Shown in pieces: positions 1 to 9,706 of a DNA stretch of 64,000 bases. This DNA is from Bacteroidota bacterium. Lineage in GTDB: Bacteria > Bacteroidota > Bacteroidia > Bacteroidales > FEN-979. Each line of letters starts with the position of its first letter. Within the stretch, counting starts at the first letter, position 1. Below the pieces are notes generated by a model, which was not told the origin of the DNA, did not search any database, and saw nothing but the letters and a program-made list of their open reading frames with translations. Position numbers and translations under genes: made by a program. Location of the stretch: assembly GCA_037128705.1 (NCBI GenBank), contig JBAXVX010000002.1, forward strand, positions 78,361 through 142,360, given 5' to 3'.

Positions 1-764
1 TTCAGATCGCCTCCTGCCACAAACCATCCACCCTCACCGGCAATCCGGTCCAATTCGTCTTTAAACTGGTGGATATGTTGCTGTTTAATATCCAGTGTTG
101 CCGTGGCCGAGGCATGGATGTTTACCGCGTAAAAGTTGTTCAGCCCCGGAATCCCGATGCGGCAGGTCACCATACAGCAGCGTTCATAAAAGTAACGGGT
201 GAGATTATCCTGGTCTGTACGCAGGGCCAGCTGGATCCGCTGTGCATCGCTTATTTTCCAGCGGCTGAAGATGACGTTTTCCTCATCCATCCGCCCCAAT
301 CCATCACTCGGGATAAACTGTGCTTTCCATTGGGATCCACAAACCGCGTAGTTGAAGTAGGTATGGTCGAGAAGCCACTGAACCTGGTCGATGTAGGCCG
401 AACGTTTTGATTTGATATCCACCTCCTGAAGCAGCAGGATATCGGGTTTTACCTGGTTGATTTTAGCGGCAATGGCCTGCAAGGATCCGTAAATTTCCTC
501 TTCCGTCAGAATAACCCTTTCCCCACAGGCATCGCCGAACCAAAGGATGCGGCCTGCCCCAAAACGGATATTCCACGTCATAACGCGAACTGAGGTAAAG
601 GTATCTGCCACCGGGGTCATCGAACCGGCCGTATAATATATGGCCGTTTCAGTGTCATCAAAATTGGTGGCCAAAGGTTCGCATGAGGAGAGGAAAAGAA
701 TTAAACAGAAGCCGGCAGCGTAAAATATAAAGTGCTTCCCTGACCTTCTTCGCTTTTGATCCAT
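1..764 (-). CDS. endonuclease/exonuclease/phosphatase (EEP) family lipoprotein; C-terminus lies beyond the window edge
   Basis: Absent from the ORF track because it runs off the edge. My minus-strand translation from the ATG at 764-762 reads MDQKRRRSGKHFIFYAAGFCLILFLSSCEPLATN (lipobox), then VRVMTWNIRFG, PDILLLQEVD and NIHASAT, which are typical N-terminal EEP-fold motifs. It overlaps the 3' end of the kinase gene by 64 nt. Confidence 0.6.
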   Translation of the reverse strand, partial: MDQKRRRSGKHFIFYAAGFCLILFLSSCEPLATNFDDTETAIYYTAGSMTPVADTFTSVRVMTWNIRFGAGRILWFGDACGERVILTEEEIYGSLQAIAAKINQVKPDILLLQEVDIKSKRSAYIDQVQWLLDHTYFNYAVCGSQWKAQFIPSDGLGRMDEENVIFSRWKISDAQRIQLALRTDQDNLTRYFYERCCMVTCRIGIPGLNNFYAVNIHASATATLDIKQQHIHQFKDELDRIAGEGGWFVAGGDL

Positions 765-2104
765 AATTTGCCTCCGTTTTTTTCGACGAACTCTTTACAG
801 ATGATTAACCCCAAACCGTTGCTGGGTTCCCCTTCGGTGCCCTTGCGGTTTGTGTTGGCATCCAGATTGAAAAGATTCTCCAACATCTCTTTGTTTATTC
901 CGATGCCTGTGTCCTGGACTGAAATTTCAACCCAATGATCATCCTTTGACTTTGCCGTGATTGTAATTTTTCCCCCGGGGGAGGTGAATTTTGTGGCATT
1001 GGATACCAGGTTTCGAATAATGGATTCAAACATATAGCTGTCGGCATAAACCTTCAAATCTTCTGAAACATTATAAAGGAGGTCAATCTCTTTACTTGTG
1101 ATTGCCTCCAAATTTGGAGCCAGGCTGTCAGAAAGTTTTGACATCAAATAAAGTGACTCCGGTTTAAAACTGGTTATTCCCCTTTTCATTCGTGACCATT
1201 GTAAGAGGTTTTCGAGCAGGTCAAAGAGTTTGTTGGCAGCATCTCTCATACTCAGGGCGATTTTTTGAATCTCGTCTTGCCTCAGGGTGGGCAGGTCTTC
1301 TGCCAGCATCCTGGAAAATCCAAGGATTGGTTGGAAAGGACCAAGCAAATCGTGGGCGATAATTGAAAAGAATTTGTCTTTTTCGATATTGAGTTGCAAA
1401 AGTTCTTTGTTTTTAAGTTTAATCTCCTCTTCTGAACGCTTTTGGTCGGTGATATCGTGAAAAGACCAGACCCTTCCTTTTGGAACCCTTCCAAGATACA
1501 TCGGTTTCGAAATGCGTTCGAAAATACGTCCATTCTTAAAGTTTATCAAATCAAAGGATTCCGAATCGGGTTTATTATACAGTTCCGATACTTTAGCCAT
1601 AAATTCATCAGGATCATCCAGTTGTCCGATTACATATCCCAACAGTGCTTTATCATCAGATGATGCGAGGATCTCACCCGGTATGTTCCATAATTCAGCA
1701 AATTTTTTATTGGTTTTGAGGACTGCTCCCTGCTCACCGACCACAAGAATCCCGTTATGAATGGATTCAAGCGTTGCATCCAGCAGCGACATGGCGTTTT
1801 TCAATTCCTCCTCTGCCTGATTGCGTTCGATAAAAATCGACTTAATTTTAAGAACACCTATAAAAATAAAAGCAGATAAAATCAGTCCGATGATTTCATT
1901 AAGGAAATCAACCTCAAAATTCAGGTTCGACAGGATAAAATAGAGGGGTATTAATCTTCTGATACACATCAGGGATAAGGCGATTGAAATCAAAATCCAG
2001 GCATAGGGCTTACCAGTGATCCTGATAAGACGAAAAGCAAAATATGCAGCCAGGGATTGAAATAAAATAGAAAGAACAAGGACTGCTATCAGGGCTGTTG
2101 TCAT
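701..2104 (-). CDS. membrane-bound PAS sensor histidine kinase
   Basis: Multi-TM N-terminus, a PAS-like segment, the HisKA H-box [12 protein letters not shown] and HATPase_c motifs ([24 protein letters not shown]). Confidence 0.85.
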   Translation of the reverse strand: [467 protein letters not shown]

Positions 2105-2410
2105 AAAACTCCTTTCATTTTAAAAAATCTGGTCATAGCATCCGGGTAAAGCAGCAGGCAGATCAAAAATTTGAAATTTATCCCGCATTACTCGTTGTTG
2201 TTGGTTATGAGCATAGTAAAGGTAATATAAAAAAGATTAAATACAATCTTTCAGAAGCCTGAAATATATTTTTCAGCCACAGATTGAACCGTACGTGCTT
2301 TATAGACTTACGGCTATGAAATAAAATATTTGTTTTAACAGCAGGTGATTCATTATTTTTGAGCTTTAGTGCAGTATGACCTGATAAATTATAGAAATGG
2401 TTACAAATAA

Positions 2411-3187
2411 ATGAGTTATATGAATAAAAAACAATGGTACGAATCGCTGTTTGAAAATTACGGCAGGAAATACGATAATGAGAATTTCACCCGAGGAACT
2501 GTTGGTGAATGTGATTTTATAGAAACTGAACTCAAATCTGATAAATCCCTGAAGATATTGGATGTTGGATGCGGAACAGGAAGACATGCAATTGAATTGT
2601 CAAAAAGAGGATATATGGTTACCGGGATTGATTTGTCAGAAACACAACTCCTCAGGGCAAGGGAAAAAGCAAAAAGGAACAATCTCAACATTAATTTTAT
2701 CAAGCAGGATGCTAGAAATTTGTCTTTTACCAATGAATTTGACATTGCCATCATGCTTTGTGAGGGCGGCTTTCCATTGATGGAAACTGATGAAATGAAT
2801 TATGAGATTTTGAAGAGTGTGACAAAATCGCTTGGAGAGAATGGAAAATTTATATTTACAACACTCAACGGGCTATTCGCATTATATCACTCTGTTGAAG
2901 AATTTTGTGATTCAGCATCCGGAGAAGGCCATGCAACCTATCGAAGTAATACGTTTGATTTAATGACATTTCGCGACCACAATATCACTGAATTTGAAGA
3001 CGATTCAGGAAATAAAAAAACGCTTGACTGCAACGAAAGGTATTACGTCCCCAGTGAAATAACCTGGTTATTAAACTCGCTCGGATACAGAAAAATTAAC
3101 ATTTTTGGAGCGAAACTCGGAGCATTTTCTAAAAATGACAAATTAACAACCGAAGATTTTGAAATGCTGGTAATTGCTGAAAAATGA
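2411..3187 (+). CDS. class I SAM-dependent methyltransferase
   Basis: Motif I ILDVGCGTGRH followed by an acidic loop (GIDLS). Confidence 0.8.
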   Translation: MSYMNKKQWYESLFENYGRKYDNENFTRGTVGECDFIETELKSDKSLKILDVGCGTGRHAIELSKRGYMVTGIDLSETQLLRAREKAKRNNLNINFIKQDARNLSFTNEFDIAIMLCEGGFPLMETDEMNYEILKSVTKSLGENGKFIFTTLNGLFALYHSVEEFCDSASGEGHATYRSNTFDLMTFRDHNITEFEDDSGNKKTLDCNERYYVPSEITWLLNSLGYRKINIFGAKLGAFSKNDKLTTEDFEMLVIAEK

Positions 3188-3241
3188 TTGTGATAAACGA
3201 ATGAAATGTCCAGCCTGAATCTGACAGCAATGACAGAAAGA

Positions 3242-4645
3242 TTATGTACGCCGGGCCTGGGCGTTGCGTGAGAAACGGGTAAAAATCAGCGCGAATACAA
3301 GAAAAACAGCCCCGCAAATAAAGGCATTCCTTACGCCGGCAACATTCTGGATCAGCGACTGATGAGCGTTGTTGCCGCCGGTAGTAAGGGAAAAGATCAT
3401 CTGAAAAACCGAAACACCGATCACTGCCGCCACGGAGGTGAAGGTATTGGATGTTGCAGAAACAATACCCTGTTTCCCTTCAGTAGCCATATCCATGATC
3501 ATCTTGTTGTTTGGCGACAGGAACAGGCCCAGGAAAATGCCCGAGAAGAAAAGGAATATCACCGGTCCCCATAGCTGCAACATCCCCACGACGGATGAAA
3601 AGAAGACATAATCGAGTACTCCGACAATCAGGGCAGCAGTGCAGATCCTTACAGGTTTTATTTTATCGGACATTTTTCCGGCAAACGGAGCCAGAACCAT
3701 CACGACCAGAGATGAAATAAGCAGCAGCATCCCCACTACATTTGAAGTAAGCCCAAGCTCCTTTTCAAGGTAAAAAGGCATGAGGTAAGCATAGCCGAAA
3801 TTCGCGCTGCTGGCCAGAAGGCTGGCTATGAGGGCGAATGTCAGGGGCTTCATGCTGAAAAGGTTCAGATCAAGGATCGGATGAATAGCTTTTTTCTCCC
3901 TGTTGATGAAAAAGTAAAACAGAAGGGCGGTAATGACGAGCGCGGCGTATGGCATGATCACTTCAAATCCCCTGTTGTCGAGAGAATTGAACGCAAAGAT
4001 CAGGAAGGTAAAGGCGAACAGGGCCAGCAAGGCCCCCGTGAAGTCAAATCCCTTGAACGAAAATTTCTCCTTTTTCTCCGAAGGAATGTATTTTGCCGAT
4101 AGCCAGATGGCAAAAATACCGATGGGTACATTGATCAAAAAAACCCAGTGCCAGCTGGCATAATAAGTTATTAATCCTCCGAGAGGGGCGCCCAGGCTAA
4201 CCCCGATCGAAGAAATGGTGGTAAGAACACCATACGCAGAACCAATCTTGTCGTGGGGCAGGAATTGACCGATGATGGCCAGGCAATTGGCGACCAGCAT
4301 GGAACCACCCAGCCCCTGTATGAAGCGTGAAATGATAAGCAGGACAATGTTGGTCGACATCCCGCAGAAAAGAGATCCAATGGTAAACAGGATAAAGCCT
4401 GAGATAAAGATCTTCTTCAGCCCGAGGCGGTCTCCCAGCATGCCAAAAAGCAGAAGGGTGGCTGTACTGGCAACCAGGTAGGCAAGCAGCACCATTGAAA
4501 CAATGTCGCGGGAACATCCGAAGTTCTGTGCGATCGTGGGCAGTGAAATGTTTACGATAAATGCATCGAGCTTCACCATCAGCATGGCAAGGGATGCGCT
4601 GACCAGGATCAGCGTGTGTGATTTTTTTGTGGAGATTCCGGTCAT
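3242..4645 (-). CDS. MFS transporter, 14-TMS drug:H+ antiporter-like (EmrB/QacA type)
   Basis: 467 aa and very hydrophobic, with about 14 predicted helices. Contains the MFS motif GMLGDRLGLKK. Confidence 0.8.
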   Translation of the reverse strand: MTGISTKKSHTLILVSASLAMLMVKLDAFIVNISLPTIAQNFGCSRDIVSMVLLAYLVASTATLLLFGMLGDRLGLKKIFISGFILFTIGSLFCGMSTNIVLLIISRFIQGLGGSMLVANCLAIIGQFLPHDKIGSAYGVLTTISSIGVSLGAPLGGLITYYASWHWVFLINVPIGIFAIWLSAKYIPSEKKEKFSFKGFDFTGALLALFAFTFLIFAFNSLDNRGFEVIMPYAALVITALLFYFFINREKKAIHPILDLNLFSMKPLTFALIASLLASSANFGYAYLMPFYLEKELGLTSNVVGMLLLISSLVVMVLAPFAGKMSDKIKPVRICTAALIVGVLDYVFFSSVVGMLQLWGPVIFLFFSGIFLGLFLSPNNKMIMDMATEGKQGIVSATSNTFTSVAAVIGVSVFQMIFSLTTGGNNAHQSLIQNVAGVRNAFICGAVFLVFALIFTRFSRNAQARRT

Positions 4646-5091
4646 TTGCTATTTTGAATTTGACTGTGTTATTTTAAAGTAGCTCTCAATCACTCTAAGG
4701 TCCATCATTGAAACGCCCCCGTCGAACCGAAGGGGGCATTTCATCTTTTATGACCAATTGAATGGTGCTGCGGTACACAGGGTGCCGTCTTTTTGTTCTC
4801 CGCCTCTTGCGGGTAGGTCAGCATTAAAACAAATTAATGCGACATTCAAATATAGTGTTAATAGTCGGGAATTGTTCCGATTTATGAATATTTATTATTG
4901 GGGTTGGCGATGATTTTCTTGGGCCATGGTGATCTAGCGCCCTTTTGCAATGTTGTAATTGACAAAATACTGGATCAGCATCTGGTTTACATCGGCTCTG
5001 TCGCTGTTTCCTGCAAACATATCCCAGGCGGGTGGTCCTGTTAAAAAAAATTGTACTTTTGACCACCTTCCCCCTTTCAAAATAAGCACGA

Positions 5092-6321
5092 ATGATTAAA
5101 AAGAAAATTTTTATCCCCTTTGTTTGCATCCTTTTATTAAGCCTTGCATTGTTGTCATGTACAAAAAAGAATTCTGATAATGTACCTTTCAAAAGAACCC
5201 TGATCCGGGACAGCCTGCAGACCATGGTGGATAAAATAGTCACGGATTACAAATCTGAATTTCCCGGTTTTCCCGGGGGCCTTGCATTAAAAGTAACTTC
5301 GAAAAATGGGTCATACTTTGTTTCATCAGGGTTTACCGAGGCCATCAATGATCAGTACCATTTCAGGATTGCCAGCCTGACAAAAGTTTTCACATCCACT
5401 TCGGTCATCCTTCTCGCCCAGCAAGGGAAGCTCAACCTGGATGCAAAGATTACGGATACCATCCCCGGCACCAACATGACCTATGTTCCACAGGATGCAA
5501 ATTACAATATCCCCTATAAGGACCAGATCACGATCCGCCTCCTGCTCGAACATAATGCAGGGGTATTCGATGTCTCTAACGCCTTGATCCCTGATACGGT
5601 GAAGGCCCCGGTTCCATACAAGGGGCAATGGTACATTGGCTATATGGAAAACCTGGATCCGAAACATACATTTACATTTGATGAACTGGTCGGGGTTGTA
5701 TCTACCTGCAGGCTTTTCCTGTGCCCCCCGGGGCAGGGGCATCATTATTCCAATACCGGGTATTCAATCCTCGGCAAGATCATTGAACGCGTATCGGGTT
5801 TAAGTTATCCGCAGTTCATCGCACAGAATATCTTCAAACCGATGGGACTGAACAATTCTTTTGCGCCTTACAGGGGGGATGACCAGCTGATCCCGCCGCC
5901 ATTCATCAGGGGCTTCAGGTATTCGCCGGCAGTTGTGGAATGCACGGAGTCGAATATTTCGGCCAATGTTGGCGAAGGCAACCTCATCTCGAACGCCGAT
6001 GATCTTTCGCGTTTCATCCGCAGCCTGGTCAGGGGTGAAGGTGTTCTCAGCCCTGTTTGGGTGAATGACTATATGCTGGTTATTCCCAAAACCTCCTTCG
6101 ACGTGCTGAATTATGGCCTGGGCATCACCTACGCCCAGAACCTCGGCTGGGGTCATACAGGCGCTCATGAAGGATTTTACACCCGCATGGTGACGGACCC
6201 TGTGAACGACATCACCATAGTGGCCTTCGTCAATTCATGGAACGATGTACCCGGAGCTGAGATTCCCCTGATCATTAAGATTGAAGAGGCCTGTTACTAT
6301 GCCAGGAATATTGTGCAATAA
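5092..6321 (+). CDS. beta-lactamase-fold serine hydrolase lipoprotein
   Basis: Lipobox LLSC and the SxxK nucleophile motif ASLTKVFT. YSNTGY resembles the class C YxN element. Confidence 0.75.
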   Translation: MIKKKIFIPFVCILLLSLALLSCTKKNSDNVPFKRTLIRDSLQTMVDKIVTDYKSEFPGFPGGLALKVTSKNGSYFVSSGFTEAINDQYHFRIASLTKVFTSTSVILLAQQGKLNLDAKITDTIPGTNMTYVPQDANYNIPYKDQITIRLLLEHNAGVFDVSNALIPDTVKAPVPYKGQWYIGYMENLDPKHTFTFDELVGVVSTCRLFLCPPGQGHHYSNTGYSILGKIIERVSGLSYPQFIAQNIFKPMGLNNSFAPYRGDDQLIPPPFIRGFRYSPAVVECTESNISANVGEGNLISNADDLSRFIRSLVRGEGVLSPVWVNDYMLVIPKTSFDVLNYGLGITYAQNLGWGHTGAHEGFYTRMVTDPVNDITIVAFVNSWNDVPGAEIPLIIKIEEACYYARNIVQ

Positions 6322-6400
6322 GCCAGAATCTTTCAGAAATTAAATAGGGTTGGAAAAAACGTTTCATTAATCTGCCTGACAATCTATAATTTAAAATTTT

Positions 6401-7858
6401 ATGATCATGTCAATCCACCTAAAATACCTTGGTAAAGTAGTTATCCCAGCCATTTTTCTTTTCCTGGCATCAGCCGGTCATGGATGGGCACAAACGGGTG
6501 ATCTTAAAATTACCGTCCACCTGCGTGGTGTTTACGAAAGCAAAATAAGCCTGTTGGCGCTTTCCAACAATAAAACTTTTAAACCGATTCTGGAGATACA
6601 GGGTATAAAAAGGGACGCCACGACCCGGCTTTCGGTTTCGAAAGATAAACTGCCCGGAGAGTTTGTTTTACGCTTCGACTACAAAGAAAATGAGACGAGC
6701 ACGCCCTACCCGTCAGAAAAGTACATTTTTATCAACGACCAGGACCTGGAACTTTGGGTTAGCCCGAAATACTGTAACAATGCCGACAGTACCCGGTTTC
6801 AGAAGGATGAAAGGGAGAATGCAACATTTGTGCGGTTTTCGAAAGAAAACGGGAAACAGAAAGAGAAACTCGGGCTGCTTCAAAATTTTCTGATGAACTA
6901 TGATGACGTCGAATCCGTGTTTTATCAGCAAGGCATCCAGGAATATGAAAAGCGGAGACAAGCATTCAACCAATGGCTTACAGACCAGATTCAACAGGAT
7001 AAATCCCTGTTTGTAAGCACCCTCTACCCTTTTCAGTATGTACCGCAAATACCCTGGAAAGGCACCGAAACCGAGCGGATAAACAGCCTGATAACCCACT
7101 ATTTTGATGGCATGGATTTTCAAAATCCCTTCCTGATCAAAACATCCGAGATAAACAAATGGATGGACAGTTACGTAAATCTATATGGTCAGCTTTCTAC
7201 GACTGAAGCCCTGCGTGATTCCCTGTTTCCCGAAGCCGGCAAAAGAGCAATTGAAAAAGCAAAACAAGGTGATCCGCTGGTTTATGGATGGATGGTTGAT
7301 TATTTCTACCGGGGTTACGAAAGCAATGGCATAACGGCAGGGATGAAAGTACTTGAACCCTATATGAACGATCCAAACTGCCTCACCTCGAAAAGACAGG
7401 AAATTGCCCGCAGGCTGAAGGGGATGGAAACCCTGGTGCCCGGAAGCAAGGCGCCGGATATAGCTTTGACAGACATGTATGGCAGCCTTTTTAAACTGTA
7501 TGAGTTTGAACCCAGGGTCAAATATCTGCTTCTTTTTTTCTGGTCGGCCGATTGCAGCCATTGTGTTGAAATGGAAAATCAACTGTACGCATGGCAGCAG
7601 CAACCGGAGATGCAGCAGAAAATCAGGGTGGTTGCTGTCAGCCTGGATGAAACCGATACTGAAATTGCAGCCTGGCAGAAGAAGATCCCGCAAATGAAAG
7701 GTTGGAAAAATCTTCGGGCGCCTGAAGGGGTCCGCAGCAAAGTAGCCGGCGATTATTACGTATTGGCAACTCCTGTGATGATTTTGCTTGATGCAAAAAC
7801 CAAGGAGATTATCGCATTGCCAAATACTTTGACCGGGTTGATTTCATCAATAAAGTAA
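6401..7858 (+). CDS. thioredoxin-fold (TlpA/AhpC-TSA-like) thiol:disulfide oxidoreductase with an N-terminal extension
   Basis: Signal peptide. The C-terminal thioredoxin-like domain carries the CxxC motif WSADCSHC. Confidence 0.7.
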   Translation: MIMSIHLKYLGKVVIPAIFLFLASAGHGWAQTGDLKITVHLRGVYESKISLLALSNNKTFKPILEIQGIKRDATTRLSVSKDKLPGEFVLRFDYKENETSTPYPSEKYIFINDQDLELWVSPKYCNNADSTRFQKDERENATFVRFSKENGKQKEKLGLLQNFLMNYDDVESVFYQQGIQEYEKRRQAFNQWLTDQIQQDKSLFVSTLYPFQYVPQIPWKGTETERINSLITHYFDGMDFQNPFLIKTSEINKWMDSYVNLYGQLSTTEALRDSLFPEAGKRAIEKAKQGDPLVYGWMVDYFYRGYESNGITAGMKVLEPYMNDPNCLTSKRQEIARRLKGMETLVPGSKAPDIALTDMYGSLFKLYEFEPRVKYLLLFFWSADCSHCVEMENQLYAWQQQPEMQQKIRVVAVSLDETDTEIAAWQKKIPQMKGWKNLRAPEGVRSKVAGDYYVLATPVMILLDAKTKEIIALPNTLTGLISSIK

Positions 7859-7909
7859 CCTTGCAAATTTGAGATCCCATCGGTGATTGGACGGGCCGGT
7901 GCCCTCCCC

Positions 7910-9103
7910 TTAAAACCTGATCCCCATGGTGATCACGAAGTTCTGCCTGGAATGGTCAGCCCAGTAAGCGTCGTCGGGGGAAACCACCTCGTTGAAGGGC
8001 TTCACACCCGGATCCCCGGTAGTCAGCCAGTTGTATTGCAGCCGGATATAAGCGTCGCTGAAGGGCTTGAATTCAAGCCCGGCGGAGCAGCCGAAGATCA
8101 TGAATTGGTTCGTCTGGCCTGTAAACGAATCGCCGATAAGGATGTTTTCGGGATCATAGAACATTTCGCCGCGCAGGGCCAGGGAGAACTTCGGGTGAAA
8201 CCAGTATTTCGCCCCGATCAGCCCCGATACCATCAACCCGCCCTTCACCGAATCCGATACCTTACTCTCCGTGCGCTTGAAAGCAAGGTCGGCCTGGGCG
8301 ATAAGGTTCCAGCGGGGCGCCGGGTCCCACCTGGCAAAGAGGTTGTTGAAGAAATAATACCGGTTGAACGATGTGCCCTGCGGGGCGGTATTGCCCAACG
8401 CATTGTTGTAACTCACCGTCAGGTCATCGGTCGGGTTCCAGTTGATGTCGAAGCCGAACATCACATGGTGATTCTGCCCGAAAGGCACAGTAAAGGGATT
8501 GCCTGCCCAGCCGATGAATTCCCACTTTTTATTCGCGGTGGTGAAGGAAAGCGCGGCGCCCAGCAGGGTGCTGGGCTCATAGTAGCTGCCTACCGTGCAG
8601 GTGCTTAAAAGGTTGTCGACCGGCCGTGTCGATTCGACCCCGACCAGGCTCTCCAGGTACCCGCAGTCGAACCAGAGTCCTTTGTAAATCCTGAAGCCCA
8701 GCGATAGTTCATGAATGTAATTGATCCATTCGGCCGTCGTGTTGCCTGCCAGCAACTGAGGCTGATCGCCGAACCGGATGTCGGCGGTGGCCCTCGCCCA
8801 TCGGTTTTCGTATTGAATGTCGAGGTCGAACATGTTCACCCTCACCTGGTTGATATAGGGCGAATTGCTTTGGAACTCATAGGTGTGCGAGGTGGGGATC
8901 GTCCCCCCGATATTCCCCACATAATAGACATCAAGGTAGGCTTCGACCGAAAGCCCCTTGAGGAGATGCCTGTTTTTCCACTGCTCCGCCTGCTTCACCA
9001 GGGAGTCGACGGGCTGACACCTCAGGGCGCTCCCACCTGGAAACAGTATGAACGAACACGCCGCAACGATGATAAAAAAAAGGATCTTCCTTCCCTGCTC
9101 CAC
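7910..9103 (-). CDS. outer-membrane beta-barrel protein (putative porin)
   Basis: Signal peptide, alternating aromatic/polar strand pattern, and a C-terminal ...MGIRF with terminal Phe. Confidence 0.5.
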   Translation of the reverse strand: MEQGRKILFFIIVAACSFILFPGGSALRCQPVDSLVKQAEQWKNRHLLKGLSVEAYLDVYYVGNIGGTIPTSHTYEFQSNSPYINQVRVNMFDLDIQYENRWARATADIRFGDQPQLLAGNTTAEWINYIHELSLGFRIYKGLWFDCGYLESLVGVESTRPVDNLLSTCTVGSYYEPSTLLGAALSFTTANKKWEFIGWAGNPFTVPFGQNHHVMFGFDINWNPTDDLTVSYNNALGNTAPQGTSFNRYYFFNNLFARWDPAPRWNLIAQADLAFKRTESKVSDSVKGGLMVSGLIGAKYWFHPKFSLALRGEMFYDPENILIGDSFTGQTNQFMIFGCSAGLEFKPFSDAYIRLQYNWLTTGDPGVKPFNEVVSPDDAYWADHSRQNFVITMGIRF

Positions 9104-9184
9104 AACGTAATTTTTCGGTTCAAATATACATGAGATCCAAAGATGTAATGTATATTTGACCTGAAATAATTCAAATGCTGCATT

Positions 9185-9640
9185 ATGGAAAAACTGATCT
9201 GCGTTAAAGAGACTCCCTTAAAAGGGAGGGGGATCTTTGCTCTCCGCGACATCCGGAAAGATGAAATAATCTCAACCTTCACCGGACCCCGTGTAAAGGT
9301 TGAACGACTGGATGAATTTCCGCCCGAGGTGGTTGATCACCTTTTCAATGTGGGAACCGATGAGTACCTCATGGCACGGGAACCGGAGGTAAGGACAAAC
9401 CACTCCTGCGATCCGAACGCCGGCATCGTCAGGGATGTCTGCCTCATTGCCATGCGCGACATTCAAAAGGATGAAGAGATCACTTTCGACTATTCGGTGA
9501 TCATGAACGACGACTGGGTGTTGGAGTGCCGGTGCGGATCGCCGCTGTGCAGGAAAATCATCGGGAAATACAGGGACCTGCCTTCGGAAATGAAAGAGAA
9601 ATACAGGGACTACTCCCCGGAGTGGATCAAAAATACGTGA
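9185..9640 (+). CDS. SET domain protein (putative lysine methyltransferase)
   Basis: Contains RGIFA, NHSCDPN, EEITFDY and the post-SET Cys cluster CRCGSPLCR. Confidence 0.8.
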   Translation: MEKLICVKETPLKGRGIFALRDIRKDEIISTFTGPRVKVERLDEFPPEVVDHLFNVGTDEYLMAREPEVRTNHSCDPNAGIVRDVCLIAMRDIQKDEEITFDYSVIMNDDWVLECRCGSPLCRKIIGKYRDLPSEMKEKYRDYSPEWIKNT

Positions 9641-9706
9641 TGTGCGATTTAAATGACACCATCCGACAACGATCCTGCTACTGGCTATTTAGATTGAACC
9701 AACGAC

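Noticed and set aside
69-410. A 113-aa plus-strand ORF at the window start
   Set aside because: The minus strand here encodes a clear EEP-family lipoprotein (lipobox, WNIRFG, LLLQEVD), so the plus-strand ORF is antisense noise.
4824-5243. A 139-aa minus-strand ORF spanning the intergenic region and the start of the 5092 gene
   Set aside because: It overlaps the well-supported lipoprotein hydrolase start in antisense. Its composition is basic and low-complexity, with no motif.
7883-8608. A 241-aa plus-strand ORF (also 8711-9133)
   Set aside because: Antisense to the outer-membrane barrel gene. It has the same R/G/P/V-rich composition and no motifs.
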